Notes: generated from the letters alone by a model not told the origin. A DNA stretch of 64,000 nucleotides from Azolla caroliniana (GCA_043228905.1 JBHGNT010000005.1:18538001-18602000); one strand, 5' to 3'. Positions 35,620-48,600 are shown, counted from the stretch's first letter. Numbers and translations are program-made.

Positions 35620-38600
35620 AGAGGGATGCCAAGGCGTGGGGCCGAGACAGTCCGGACACTCGGGAAAGACCACACAGCTGTACGATAGAACCGAAACCGA
35701 AGAAACCTTGTACGATAGGTAGAAAATTTTGCTTCTCCAACAACGGAGGGTGTATGATAGTCGGCATCGTTGGCCGACAAAAGGCAAGGGCGGAGGAGCG
35801 ACTTCGAGCGTGCGGAGTTCTCGGCCCGGACGAGGAAATCAGCGGAGCCATGGAGGCAGTCTCCTTCGACGACACCTTGGGGATGCTGAGGAAGGTAGCC
35901 GGAGAAGACCTTAACGAAGACCGGACGATACCGGTATGTTCCGAAGAGATGTACGAAGTCATCGCGAACTTCAGTCAGGGGCTCGGGTTGGATCGGACGG
36001 CCCGAGTTAGCACGAAGTACAAGACTGTGGACCGGAAGGTAAGGCCAGTCGCGGCACCCTTACCAGAGGGCAGCGAGTCCGGAATCAGAGGGGTTGCGTC
36101 GGACCCCAGTTTACGAGATCCGGTCTGCATAGGACACACCTTCACCGATGGGATGCTCCGGGAGCTCAAAATCGGTGGGGGCAGGTTCCTACTGCCGGTG
36201 GAGGAAGACCGGTTTCAGAGAATGCTCGGAAGACACGGGAAAGCCTTCGCATTCTCACCGGAAGAGATCGGGTGCGTAGACCCGACAATCGTGGAGCCGA
36301 TGGTGATATTCATGGTACCGCATGTGCCGTGGAATCTCAAGCCGATTCCAGTACCGAGAGCTCACATCGCGAAGTTGATGGAGCTATTGAGGCAGAAAGT
36401 CGATATGGGCATTCTCGAACCGTCGAGTGCCCCATACTCGAACCGATGGTTTACCGTACCAAAGAAAAACGGAACATTGTGCTTCATTCAAGACCTGCAG
36501 CCGGTCAACAGAGTGACCATTCGGAACGCAGGAATCGGACCGACCATAGACGAGTTCGCGGAGGCCTTCGCCGGAAGGTCGATTTACTCGGTCAGTGATC
36601 TGTACTCGGGGTACGACCAGTTCCAACTAGCCGTGGAGAGCAGAGACATTACGACGATGTGAACTCCCCTCGGCCTAGTACGAATGTGTACCCTGCCACA
36701 AGGAGGGACCAACTCGGTGGCCCACATGGTGAATGCAATGAACAAAGTACTGAGGGATTGCATCCCGGACATCACCATGCCGTTTCTAGACGATATCCCG
36801 ATCAAGGGGTGCCCGGTGGAAGAGAAGGACGAGACACTCAGGCCGGACGGATGCCGGCGATTCGTGGCAACACACATCGACGACTGCGAGGAGGTGCTAC
36901 GAAGGCTAGAGGTTGCGAGGCTCACCTTCTCCGGGGAGAAATCGGCCTTCGAGCAATCAAAAATCCTGGTGGTCAGACACCTATGTGGACCATATGGCCG
37001 GAAGCCGTCTCCGGCAAAAGTAGAAGCCATCTCCGCGATGAAGACCGACTGTAGCTCGGTTACGGAAGTTCGGAGGTTCCTGGGGGCGTGCGCATTCTAC
37101 CACATATGGATCCCGCATTACACCCACGTTGCGGAGCCGCTATACAGGTTGCTGAAGAAGGGGCGAAAATTCGAGTGGCGAGACGAGCACACGGAGTCGG
37201 TCCGGAAGCTGAAGGAAGCTCTTGCGGCAACACCGGCGCTCCGGAAGGCTGTCTACGAGAAGGGTACCCCGGTATACATAACGGTGGATACGAGTCCGAC
37301 CGGGATCGGATGGGTCGTCAACCAAGAAGACGAGGACGGCACTCGGTTCCTGATCCGATTCGGCGCAAAGGTCCTCAGTGAGCGACAACGAGGGTACGCC
37401 CAGGTTAAACGCGAACTCTGGGGTATCGTTTCGGCAGTAAAGGCCGACAAAGACTACCTGATCGAGACAGAAGTGATTATCGAGACGGATTGCCTGCCAA
37501 TTCTCGGCATGGTTTCCGGATGCGCGACATCGGACCTGGCAATGCTCAGGTGGATAGCGTACATCAAGTCCCTGGACCCGGAAATACGACACATTTCCGG
37601 AAAGGACAACGCCATGGCCGACATGCTTTCGAGGGCGAGGTTTGATGACGAGGGCGGCATGGTTTCGGAGGACGAAGAAGTCGGCGTGGACTTCTTCGAG
37701 GCGGCGTACGTGACGACCGATGGGGCGAGCACTCCGGCACTTAACGGCTTCGACGAGAGTAAGTACGACGGCGAGTGGCTACAGATCGGTGGGTTTTTGA
37801 GGACAATGACGCCGGATGCGTCATGGACGAGGGACGAGGCCAACCGGATCCGGAAGAAAGCATACCGATTCTTTCTCCAGGACGGATACTTATGGAAGCA
37901 CCCGAAGAAGAGGAACGGCGTCCCGCTCCGGGTGGTGGCGATGAAGGAAGAACAGGAGGAGCTGTTGACGGCCTACCACGACAGCCCTTGGGCTGGACAC
38001 CGTGGGACGTGGGCCACGTTCGAGAAGATAAAGGGGAAGTACTAGTGGTCGGGACTGTACCGGGACGTGCATCGGTTCGTGACAACTTGCGAGAGCTGTC
38101 AGATGCACTCCATAGTCCGACATCGGGACGAGCTTCACCCTACGTACCCTCCGACCATCCACTTCAAATGGATGGTAGATCTGGTGACGATGCCGATGGG
38201 AGTAGGACAGATGCGCTATCTGGTCCTGGCTCGGGAAGATCTGAAGAACCATGTGGAAGGCCGAGCCCTTCAGAACAAAACGATCGTGGTCGTATGTCGG
38301 TTCCTGATCGAGGACGTGATATGCCGGTACGGGTGCGTCGGGAAGATCGTGGCTGATCGCGGGGAGTTGGACGCCGAAGAGGCCGAGGAGCTGTTTGACC
38401 GGCTAGGAGTCAAGCTCTCGCTTACCACTGCGTACAATCCGGAGGTGAATGGGAAGGTGGAGCGCGGACACGGACCGATCGTCAAGGCGTTAGTTCGGGC
38501 ATGCAGAGGGCAAGTCGGGAATTGGTCGTGGCTGCTGCCTTACGCGTTGTGGGCTGACCGAACTACGCACAGTTCGGTAACCGGATTCATGCCGGTAGAG

Positions 38601-39113
38601 CTCATGTTTGGGCAGAAGCCGATCATGTCGATGGAACGTACGATCTCCTCATGGGCAACCGTGGACTGGAAAGACGAGATGAGTCAGGAGGAACTGTTGG
38701 CGGCGCGCATACGACAGCTCGAGCGAAGACCGGAGGACGTGGAGCAGGCTGCGGGAAAGCTTTGGGTGGCAAGGACGAGGAACAAAGCCCGGTTCGACCG
38801 GACGCACCGGCTCCGACCAAAGAAGATCGAGGAAGGCGACTGGGTGCTAGTCTACGACAGCAGCCTCGACAACCAGCACCGAGCGACGCGGAAGTTCGCG
38901 AGAAGGTGGTTCGGGCCTTACGTGGTACAAAGCGCCAATGACAACGGGACGTACCATCTGGCAGAACTCGACGGCACGAGAATGGCGATATCGGTAGCTG
39001 GGAAGCGGATCAAAGAGTTCAAGAAGCATCACGACGACGAGCCGGATCCGGTTAACCTGGACCGCGACGACGAACGATCCGAAACCGAGGAAGAACCGAC
39101 GGGCGGGGAATGA
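35610..39113 (+). pseudogene. G1 ORF2: RT-RNase H-integrase in the -1 frame, with two point stops
   Basis: The frame is open from 35610 into ORF 35754-36662, then 36684-38045 and 38067-39113, all in the same frame. Confidence 0.9.
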
Positions 39114-39832
39114 AGGCTGGACCGGTTTTCTCCGTCCCAACTCAATTTGGCGCATGCCGGTGGATGCGCGGTTAGGTGGGGGCGGATGTCGTGAAGAAAA
39201 CCGTCCACGAGCGGAATCGGTGCACCAGAGCGTAGGAACCGGCTCTTCATGCACGTACGCCTTATGTTGTACATAAGAGAGAATTAGGTACATAGAAGAT
39301 CCTAGGTAGGTAGATTCGGTAGGTAGGAAGTTAATGGGAAACGGCTCCTTCCTTGCCTATAAAAGGAGGGAGACGAGGGGGGGGGACGGATCGCGGTTAG
39401 AGAGGACGAAGTGCTGTCGGGTTGTCGGGTGAAGGCTTCTCTCTCTCCCAAACTCCGTAGCTTCTTTCTATGCAGGTTTTCGGGAGGCTCGCGCTGCTCT
39501 AAGGAATGCCCGAGTGGTTCCGGCAGCACCTCCAACCTACTCCTTTCTTTCTGAGCGTTTACGAACAGGCATCGGCATTTGTTCGCCGGCCTGTTCGGTT
39601 GTAACCGACTTCGTGCTTCTTGTTGATTGTCCTTGTTAATTTATATATATACATACATTCGTGTCTCTCTGCGTCGGTGTCCCACTCGCGTCTTTGTGTC
39701 GAAGGGCCGTGCCCCTATGAATCTACGCCCACACGTAGTGGGTCCATTCCCTTCTCCTTTGTCTCTTTCTCTTCCGTACAAGACCCCCGAGGCCCCGCCT
39801 CATTCCACGCATCCGCGAGGAATACTTCGACA

Positions 39833-42800
39833 GCGTAATTCGGATTCATCTGGTACCACTGTTGTGCTACCGGTTTGGCGTCTTTGCTCAAATGTATATG
39901 ATGCTGATATAGTTGAGGATCGAGCCCTCGCATATCCTCATAAGACCAAGCAAACACGTCCCGAAATTCTTTGAGAAGTGTAATCATCGTCGTTTTGTTC
40001 TCCGGAGTCATTTCCTTGGCGATGTGCACTGGTCTCGCCTCTTCCGTAGTTCCTAGATTTACCTCCTCTAGTTGGGATGCTTTAACCCATTGCGATACAA
40101 CCCTTTCTCTTTCCAGCGCCTCCTGTGCTTGCCGAGGTCCCGGATCACTTCCTTATTTGGTTCCTCGTCGGCTCCGTCCGGTGGCAGTATGTATGGTGAT
40201 ACAGCTTCGGCTACATCGATTTCGAACAAAGGTACGATCTTCGGATTATCCTGCAAGTATTGATCTACCTCTTCGTCTGGTAATCCGTCCAGCATATTGA
40301 CGCATTCAGCATATAGGGGTGTCAATTCCTTCCCGGTACCCGTCCGTGGTTGTGTCGGTACCCATACTTTTGCTTTTCCCCGCCGGAAGGTGATTATATT
40401 CTTCCTCCAGTTTTGTTTAATGTGCGCCGTTTTCAACCACGGCCACCCCAACAATAGTGGGTAAGCTCCTTGTGCCTATAGTTGTAGCACTACTACCGAG
40501 ATGTGAAATGTGTGGCCGCTGATTGTTACTTCCAAATCTCGTATCAAGCCGGTCAATCACACTGAGCTTGTATCCGCCATCCGCAGCCAGAACGGGCATG
40601 GTTCCCACCCTTGGATTCCCAAGGTTTTGCACGTTCGGAGGCTAATCACATTGACGCCGTATCCTCCATCTATTACTATTCTAGGTAACTCCTTTCCCTT
40701 CACGATGGTTGTGATCGCCAGACTGTTTGTGTCTACTACCGTCGGTCCCTCCTCCGAATTTGAGAAGAATGTTGGAGCCAATGGTGTTTCTCCTGCCGTC
40801 ATGCCTATCTTGAGTCCTTCTGTGAATCTGGGCACTAGCTGCAGGAGCCGTCCTAATGGCAGCGTGATTTGGCATTCCTGCAATGCCTACCATGTCGCAT
40901 TTTCGGGTTGACTACCGCCGGCGAGCTCTTCGGTATTTTCCTTTTGCTACGCAAGCTCTGCCATGTTTCGTGCATTCGCCTTTTTTACCCATTCCGTTGC
41001 CTGCTTGCGGATGGCCTCTTGCGCCTCCCATTCCGTCGCCTTACCCTTCGATCTTGTGGTTACTTGGTGCAGGTCTGCGACTTCGGCGACTACCATGTTC
41101 ACCGTCGGTCGTTTATCATAGCTCTTTGCCGGGCATTGATTACTATAATGTCCTTCTTGTCGGCAATAGTAGCAATATGCTTTCCGGGTAGTGTTGGATT
41201 CGGCGTTGTTTCCTGCCCCCGGTGGAGGACCTGTGGTAACGGTGGGGCTTTGATCCAGTTGGCTACTTGAGGCACCCTTCTACGGTTCCCGTAGGTGACC
41301 CCTTTTCTTGAAATGGCGTTTCTTTTTGTTCTGATACTCTTGACGGGGTTGGTCATCATGTCTGCCGTAGGCTTCCCGTCGTTGGTTGTAACCGGAGGAT
41401 TGGTCCCGATTGTATCTTTCATACTGTCCATTATAATCCCGGTATTGATCATATCTATCATACTGGTCAGGGTTGTCCTTGTACCGAACATCCTGTGCCG
41501 ATCGGTATCACTCTTCTCGCCTCCAACATTCTTCTTCCTCCTCCTTGGTACTCCATGGTTTGATTTGCCGAACCGGTGGTGCTTGGCGATTCAACAAATT
41601 GTACTCGCACTGCTCCATTGTGTGGTTCCTGGAATGGCACAGTAGACATTGCGACCGCATGGTACATTCTAGTGCTAAGTGTCCCACATTTAGGCATGTT
41701 GTGCATTGAATGGCCTGTCGAAACCGGAGATCCTCATCGGTTGGTAACGCTCGTTGGAGTGCTCCCATTGTTAGCCAAGAGCTTGTTTTCTCCATTTCTC
41801 TAACCCAGTCGATGACCTGGTCGACGGTACTTGTGCGAAAGTCGATGACCGTGCATACCGTACGTAGAGGTTCTCGGAGCGCGGCTAAGAATATAGCCTG
41901 TGTTTCTTCCTCCGGAGGTGTTCGGGTAAGCTAACTGTGCATCCGTTGAAACCGGATGACAAACTGCGGAATGCTCTCCCCAGGGTCCTGCCGGATGGTA
42001 TAAAATAGGCCCACCATTTCTCTCTGGTCCACCTCCTTCTGAAAGAAGTGCAAGAATTTAGCTTTCAGGTCCGCAAAGGTGGTGATGGTGTTGGGGTCCT
42101 GCGTCCGGTGCCATCTGGCGGCCGGTCCTTCCAATGTCACGTTGAATTCGGCTATCTTAGATCGTTCCTCTTCGGCTGCGGTTAACCGTTGTGACACATG
42201 GTTCGCCTCCCATGTTTGTTGAAAAGTGTGAACATGAGCCTCCGCGTCCAGGTCATCCCTATACTTGGGGTACTGGAACGGCTGGCGGTGTCGGTGGTCT
42301 TTCCTGCTCTTCCATCGGCGTCAGAGGTCGTTGCTGGTCCTCTATCGGAGTCGGACGTCTTTGCCGATCCTCTATCAATGTCGGAGGTCTGTGTTCCTCC
42401 TCCTCCGGTGTTGCCAGCTTCTCCTCCTCGACTTCCGGTGTCAGAGGTCTTTCTTTGTACTCTTCCGGCTCCGGAGGTTGCTCCATGTCTAGTGCCAGAG
42501 GTTCCCGATCTGACAATTCTGGTTCTGGTGTCGGTAATGTATCCGACTCCTCGTCCTCCGGTCCTCTTGGGGTGTCGTTACTGCTGCGATAGTTCGTGTG
42601 CGCGTTGTAACCCCCTTCCGAATCTGATTCCAGCGCCGAAAATGCTTCAAATTCGCCGTTTCCTCTGGCCAAGGCCTGGAGAAGGGATTCCGCTTCCAAG
42701 AGACTGCTTAAGCTGCTTCTTTCGTCCGGGTAGGCGTTTTGTTGCAGACAGAGCGACTCCTACGCCACTTTCCGGATAACTTTGGAAAATGATCGATTCG

Positions 42801-43417
42801 ATTGGATTTCTTCTGCCACTTGCTAGAAAGCCTCTCGCCGCCTTCGTCGTTCCGCAAATCTTCGTGCTCTCTCTGTAACCGGGTCGTCCGTTGGCCTAGT
42901 CATCCATTCCCGCCGCTGTTCACTGCGATTGTGCAAGAATCGTGGTCACCAAAAACTATGTTAATCCTTAGGGCCGGACAACAGCCTAACACAGGGTGTC
43001 CACTTAAGACACTTCACCAAAGGGTGTTACGGCGAGATAACTTACGACACAACGCTTAATTGGACCTTAATCGGTTACTTAGTAATACGTCATTAACACG
43101 CGTAAGATATACGATAAGCACAGAACGGTGAACAATACTCAATGATTAAACAAAAGGTTTATATTACTCTCCGTTGATGACTACATTGTAACTAGGCCTT
43201 TATATAGGTCACCGGTGTGAAGTACAAAACGGTGCCAACCGGCATCTATTCGGGATCGGTCTGGATCCGGATCGGCATACCGATTAAGGTCCGTCCATCC
43301 ACATCTTCTCATATATTAATATATTAAGACTAGTAATTACAACAAATTCCCAAATAACAATTCCCCTTTTCACACCCTAGTCTTGGCATCCTTAGCTCCT
43401 TTGTCGGCCGGGTAACA
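39833..43417 (-). mobile_element. 5' half of a second non-chromovirus Gypsy (G2): LTR 43417-42959, PBS, gag, protease, start of RT
   Basis: LTR TGTTACCCGG..TTAACA, T-rich spacer, then PBS-like TGGTGACCACG; gag TLEGPAARW and RQDPGESI; three CCHC knuckles; IDGG protease; LLGWPWL; EFRDVFAWSYEDM; cut by the G1 3' LTR. Confidence 0.9.
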
Positions 43418-43812
43418 ATGCGAATGTGACACAACATTCGGACAGAGGAAGGAACCAACAAAGAAGTTCACAAAGAAGGAACAAATCCTATGCCAGATTC
43501 AAGTCCAGAGGAATGTTGACATGTTTTTATTGTGGAAACCCTGGACATTTCCAGAAGGTCTATCGACACCTCAAGCAGGATAAAGGTGCTTCAAAGGATG
43601 TCGAACTTAAAAAGGTTTCTAAGGAGTAAGGCACATCAGCCATAGCCAAAAGTGAAGAGGAAATCTTGTTTATTTGTGAGCATGCAAGTCACAATCTTGC
43701 AAGCGAAGACTGCACTTGGGTGATCCACTCCGGTGCATCTTCCCATATAACTCCCTTGAGAGAGTGTTTCTCGACTAACACAGTCGGGGATCATGACTAT
43801 GTGAAGATGAGA

Positions 43813-46800
43813 AAGAAGAAAGAAAGAAAGATATATTAACATCTTCTAAGGGCAAATTTGGCCCATGAGACAAATAGGTTACAACAAAAATGAGTGTTTA
43901 TCCAATCATCAAAACTAAAATAAAAGAAAATAGCTTAAGCTAAGAAAGTTCTAGTAGTGTACAAAACTTTGCACTAAGCCTAATCTCATTTCCACCCAAG
44001 TCTCTCAAAAAGAAGTGGGAGGTCAAAAGTTTTTGGTGTGGGTATGACCCATGGTCCCGATGCATAGAGTGCCCTAGCCATGGCTTCTAGGCGGTGTAGT
44101 TCACGTTCCCTTACTTTCTTTATTGCTTCTACATCTCGTCGAGTTGCTTTGAAAACCGGCATCCGAGGGCGTTTGGTTCTTCTTTGATTTTCTGCTTCAT
44201 CAAGGAGAAGTCCGAGTGGTGCAGGTGTGTCGACATTCATTGTCTCCCCCTGTTCCTGAAAAACTTCATTTGTTATATGTTGGTAAACATTAGCAACATT
44301 ATTATCAACGTTTTATAATTTATTCTCTCTGTGTTGTTTCAATTCTAAGATGTATCTACCTAATTTCTTTATATCTAGTGTATCTAATAGTTTAGGGAGG
44401 GTGGGAGAGGAACCAAGTATGTCTTGGTATTTTGCCCTTATCTCGGCATAGGTGGGGCATTTGCATGTAAAATGGTACTCATCCTCTATCTCTATGTGGC
44501 ATAACCTACATATCCTTTCCTCCCTAGGGACTCCATTAGTACGTCCATTCTCAATCTCAAGTTGGTGAGATGATATTCTAAGTTGACCAATGGCAACCCT
44601 TAGTGCATGTGGTAAGAATACATCTAGATATTTTGGGCGCGTGATAAAACCTAACTCAGAGAAGTGCATAAAGTGTTCCTTATAGTACGACATTTTAGAT
44701 GGGAGTGGCTCTAGTGGGGTGATCCATTTATACCGAGTATAAATTTTCCATATTTCTTGGCGTATTACTTTATTACGGTCCTCATGAGAGATTAAAGTGT
44801 TATCAGTCATGTGGTCGTACTTAGGGGGGGAGGTTAGTAATGTCTAGACCGTTGGCAAGAAGCCAACTCACCATCATGCCATATCATGAGCTAGTATAGT
44901 CGGACTCATACAGTGCTCGAGAAGCCTTAAAGGCTTCGTGGGATATTCTATCAAGTGGTTGGTTATGTATCCTGTGTATAAAGACTACCAGTTGAAAAAG
45001 TGCTTCTACTAACATAGGGGGTAGAGTGAACTCAGCCCTAATAATGTCATGTGGGACCGACAATTTGCTTCCATCACCAATGGTCTTTCTAATTGCGTCC
45101 ACATGAAAGATGGTAGTCCTGGGGCCCAAACCGCTAATGCATACATGAGAGAGGGAGTCACTAATGAGTCAAAGAGCCACCCTTTAGTTCGTGGCTCTTG
45201 GAAGTATGCTTGGTGGCATTGTCTCTCGAGGAGTGAGAGGGATGCATGTCCTCTTGTAAGTCTATCCTTCGTTGCTTGTGTCATCGAAAATTTACCTGAG
45301 CGGGCACTGAAAGTGACTCCGAGGTAGACATATGATCCAACCACCTCAACTGGGCTATGGGAGATAGTTAGGTGACACTTAGCACTAACTTGGGCCGACG
45401 TGTGGAAGATAAGGACTTTAGTTTTCCCTAGATTCACTACCAATCCTCATTGTGTGCAAAAGTCATCTAAGGCATTAAGGTGCCTTTGTAGGTCGTGTTC
45501 GGATTCAGAGAGCAAAACTATGTCATCTGCATAGAGCAAGATACGCACCTGCGTATCCCCAAGGACTACTCCATTGCCTCCCTTACGAGCAATAAAATTT
45601 GTGATCTCATCAATGTAGATCCCAAAAAGAGTCGGAGATAAGGGGCAACCTTGTTTTACACCAATAGTGCTAGTGAAACTATCGGATATGCCGCTTGGGC
45701 ATCGAACACACCCGGACACTTGTTCATATAGTGCGTAGATGGCCCAAACCATGTCATCTGGTATCCTCAAGCTCTTAAGCCTATCAAACAACCGCTCTCT
45801 AGGGACCGTGTCAAAGGCTTTGCGGAAGTCCACAAAACAACAATATAGTTTCTTCTTGCAAGCCTTAGTCTGGTCAATTAAGCATCTAAGTGTGAAGATA
45901 TGGTCAATAGTGGAGAAGGCTCGTCTAAAGCCAGCTTGTTCAGGTGCACGAAGATTTAAGGTCTCCATATACTCGCTAAGTTGTGCCTCCATTACTGCAC
46001 CACATAATTTAGCAAGGGTATGACCTATCATAATGGTCCTATAAGTATTTGGGTCCATGGGGTCCCCCCCTTTATGTATGGGGGCCACTGTGTTCATGGT
46101 CCATTGTGATGGAAAACCCTCTGCGAGGGCACGATTGAAGATTAGAGTTAGCAAGGGAGCTAGGCACTCTCTCGCATATATGATGTGTTCTACTCGCAAT
46201 CCTGTGTGGTCCATGGGCTTCCTATGTTGTAATTTCTTTATGATCTTCGTGACCCTAGAGGTCGTGAAGAGTGTCCCCACAATAGGTCGGGGTGTAGAAG
46301 GCATTGGAATGGGTGGTTGGTTTGGGATGTGGTAAAGTCTCTCTGTATAAGTGTGCCAAGTTTCGGGATCTTCGATGGGTGTTTGTGGTCTTGGTTCCTG
46401 TAATCTCTTCCATGCAGTGGCACAATCGCTACTCATGAGCATGTGGTAGAGTTCCCAATATTGGGATGCCTCCCATGCTCGTCTCTTACGACGGGTCATC
46501 TTGCGCATTCCTTTACGAGCTTGTACTGAGGTAATACTACCACTGAGTTGCGATATTGTAAGTTGTCGATGTAAGCACCTACCATCCTCATCATACCATC
46601 TATTTTGTGGCATAGATCCTACTTTACCTTGATTGGAGTGTTTCGTGTATGGGAAACTGCTAACTGCTGCAGAATGAAGGATGTGTGTGAGTTTCGTACT
46701 AAGGCTCTCTAAAGGTAGGGAGGGATCAAGGGAGGAGAGATGGGCTTGAACATGTCGAGCATATATGTCAGAGAGCTCATGTGTGAAATGTATTGTGATG

Positions 46801-48400
46801 TCATGGTGTGGTTGACTAGAGTTGGTGACGTTAGAGATAATTTTATCTCGAAGTATAAGAAACTATCATCCGCGCCAATAGGACATGGGGCCACTCGGAA
46901 GGAGTTAATCATGTGGGTAGCTTCAGGGCGTCCTATTAGATAATCGACTGTGCTTTCCCCTCCTCCATGTGGGAAACATGTGAGCTCTTCCGAACCTGGC
47001 CACTTGGCTAAACCATTATATATGACCATCTGGTGCCGACTACCGAGTTCTAGCAAATGATGGCCAAAGCTCGTGGCGTCTGCACCTTGATCCTTTGATC
47101 TACATGTGGTGTCTATGTCTGAAGGATCGACATTTACCATTTCTAGGTTTCTATTCATTTGAAATATTGTGCATTGTCAAGATTGGGTTCTCGCATTAAA
47201 GTCTCCTACAAGGAATACTTCGCCTTGGGAAGAATATCGGATTATGTCATCCGATAGAGGTTCATATGGGGAAGGCCCATGTGGCACTCCGTCATCAACT
47301 AATCTCGCCTCGCCAGCCAGATTATAACGAGAGCCTTTCGGGGGGAAGTAACAAATGGCGAAAATTACTGCCTTGTCCTTGCTTGTGGAGACTTTCACCC
47401 ACATAAAACAAGCTTCTGGGTTTGTGCTCAGTATTTCTATCCTATTATGTAGCTCCCTCCGAAACAATATTGCGACACCTCCAGATCCCCTGGTAGTGCA
47501 TCGACGTGAGGTTTGTCTAAAAGCCGACTCCCAACGAAATCCTTCGACTCGTGGGAGTCCCCTATTTGGGCTTTGGTGTGTTTCTACTAGGAAAACTATA
47601 TCTTATTCCTTTAATATCCACTCTAGGCGGCCAGGGTGTGTCCAGAGTGCGCCGTTACAATTCCATAAGGTCATCCTAAGTGTGTTTTCTGTCACATGGG
47701 CCACACGCCGTCAATTAGTAGTGCGATCATTTATGATCACTCGCCCATCTCGATAAAAGGCGCGATGCCCATCTTTGCGAGCTTGCATAAGCTTTGGCAT
47801 ACAACTCTTGCGATGCTCAATTTGCATCTTGGTGAGGTCTTCATCGAGATAGATAGGGTCCCCACCCAATCCTCGAAGAATTGGTCTCTTCTTAAAGAAA
47901 GTGATTCTAGAGTCTAAGTCTTTAAATTATAGAACTAAGGCTCTCTTCCTAGTTGTGTCGCGTCTGGCCCTCCAAGCTTTGGTGATAGGTAGGGTCATTG
48001 TGTACCCTAACATTTTCCCGAGTGTTTGTGCATCCTCGTCCGGGGATGCACCTTCCTTGAGCCCAGTGACACGCACATTTAGGCGTCGGGCCTGACGCAT
48101 TTTATCCTCTTCGAGGGTGGTATTAACAATATTTTCATCCTTTATTTCTTTTTTAATGTTTCTTTTAACCACATCTACCCAACCCGTTTTTGCTAATTCT
48201 ATGTTATTTTTAACCTCCTCTTTAACTTTTTTGATCTCATCTTTTATATCCTCTATGCAGGATATTTCACCGTCCTCTCGGGATACCTTGATGTCATTAA
48301 GTTGTTGTTTGAGGTTTGTGTTTTCCTCTTTAAGTTTTTCTATTTCGGCCTTGAGGGTGTAAGACATAAACAGCAATAGCATGACTCCTTACCACTAGGG
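43813..48400 (-). mobile_element. LINE (RTEX-like) subfamily 1 copy 2, 5'-truncated in ORF1
   Basis: Near-identical to 5910-10470; RT ORF 45447-46613 (LLYADD); (CTTT)n tail at 43813-43830; short duplication TGAGA at 43808-43812 and 48401-48405. Confidence 0.95.
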
Positions 48401-48600
48401 TGAGAGATAACGGGGAATGCAAGATAGTCGGCGTCCGAAATGTATGTCTGACAACGTCGTCCGGTTCTCGACTGATACTGTAGGATGTCTGACACGTGTC
48501 TGATATCAGGCTGAATATTATATGGATAGGATGGATGGATGACAAATGCTATAGTGGTAGCTTTCGAAATGGCAAGTGGAAGTTTTGTCAAGGAAACTTC

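Larger units (their letters stand above)
32343..39832 (+). mobile_element. Ty3/Gypsy non-chromovirus element (G1) with two 646 bp LTRs and no matching TSD
   Basis: LTRs 32343-32988 and 39187-39832 (constant offset 6844); PBS 32992-33009; gag (CMWCDEVGHIWKDC), PR (VDHGSEIN), RT (PFLDD), RNase H, INT (GHRG..CESCQ, WFGPY); PPT ~39170-39186. Confidence 0.96.
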
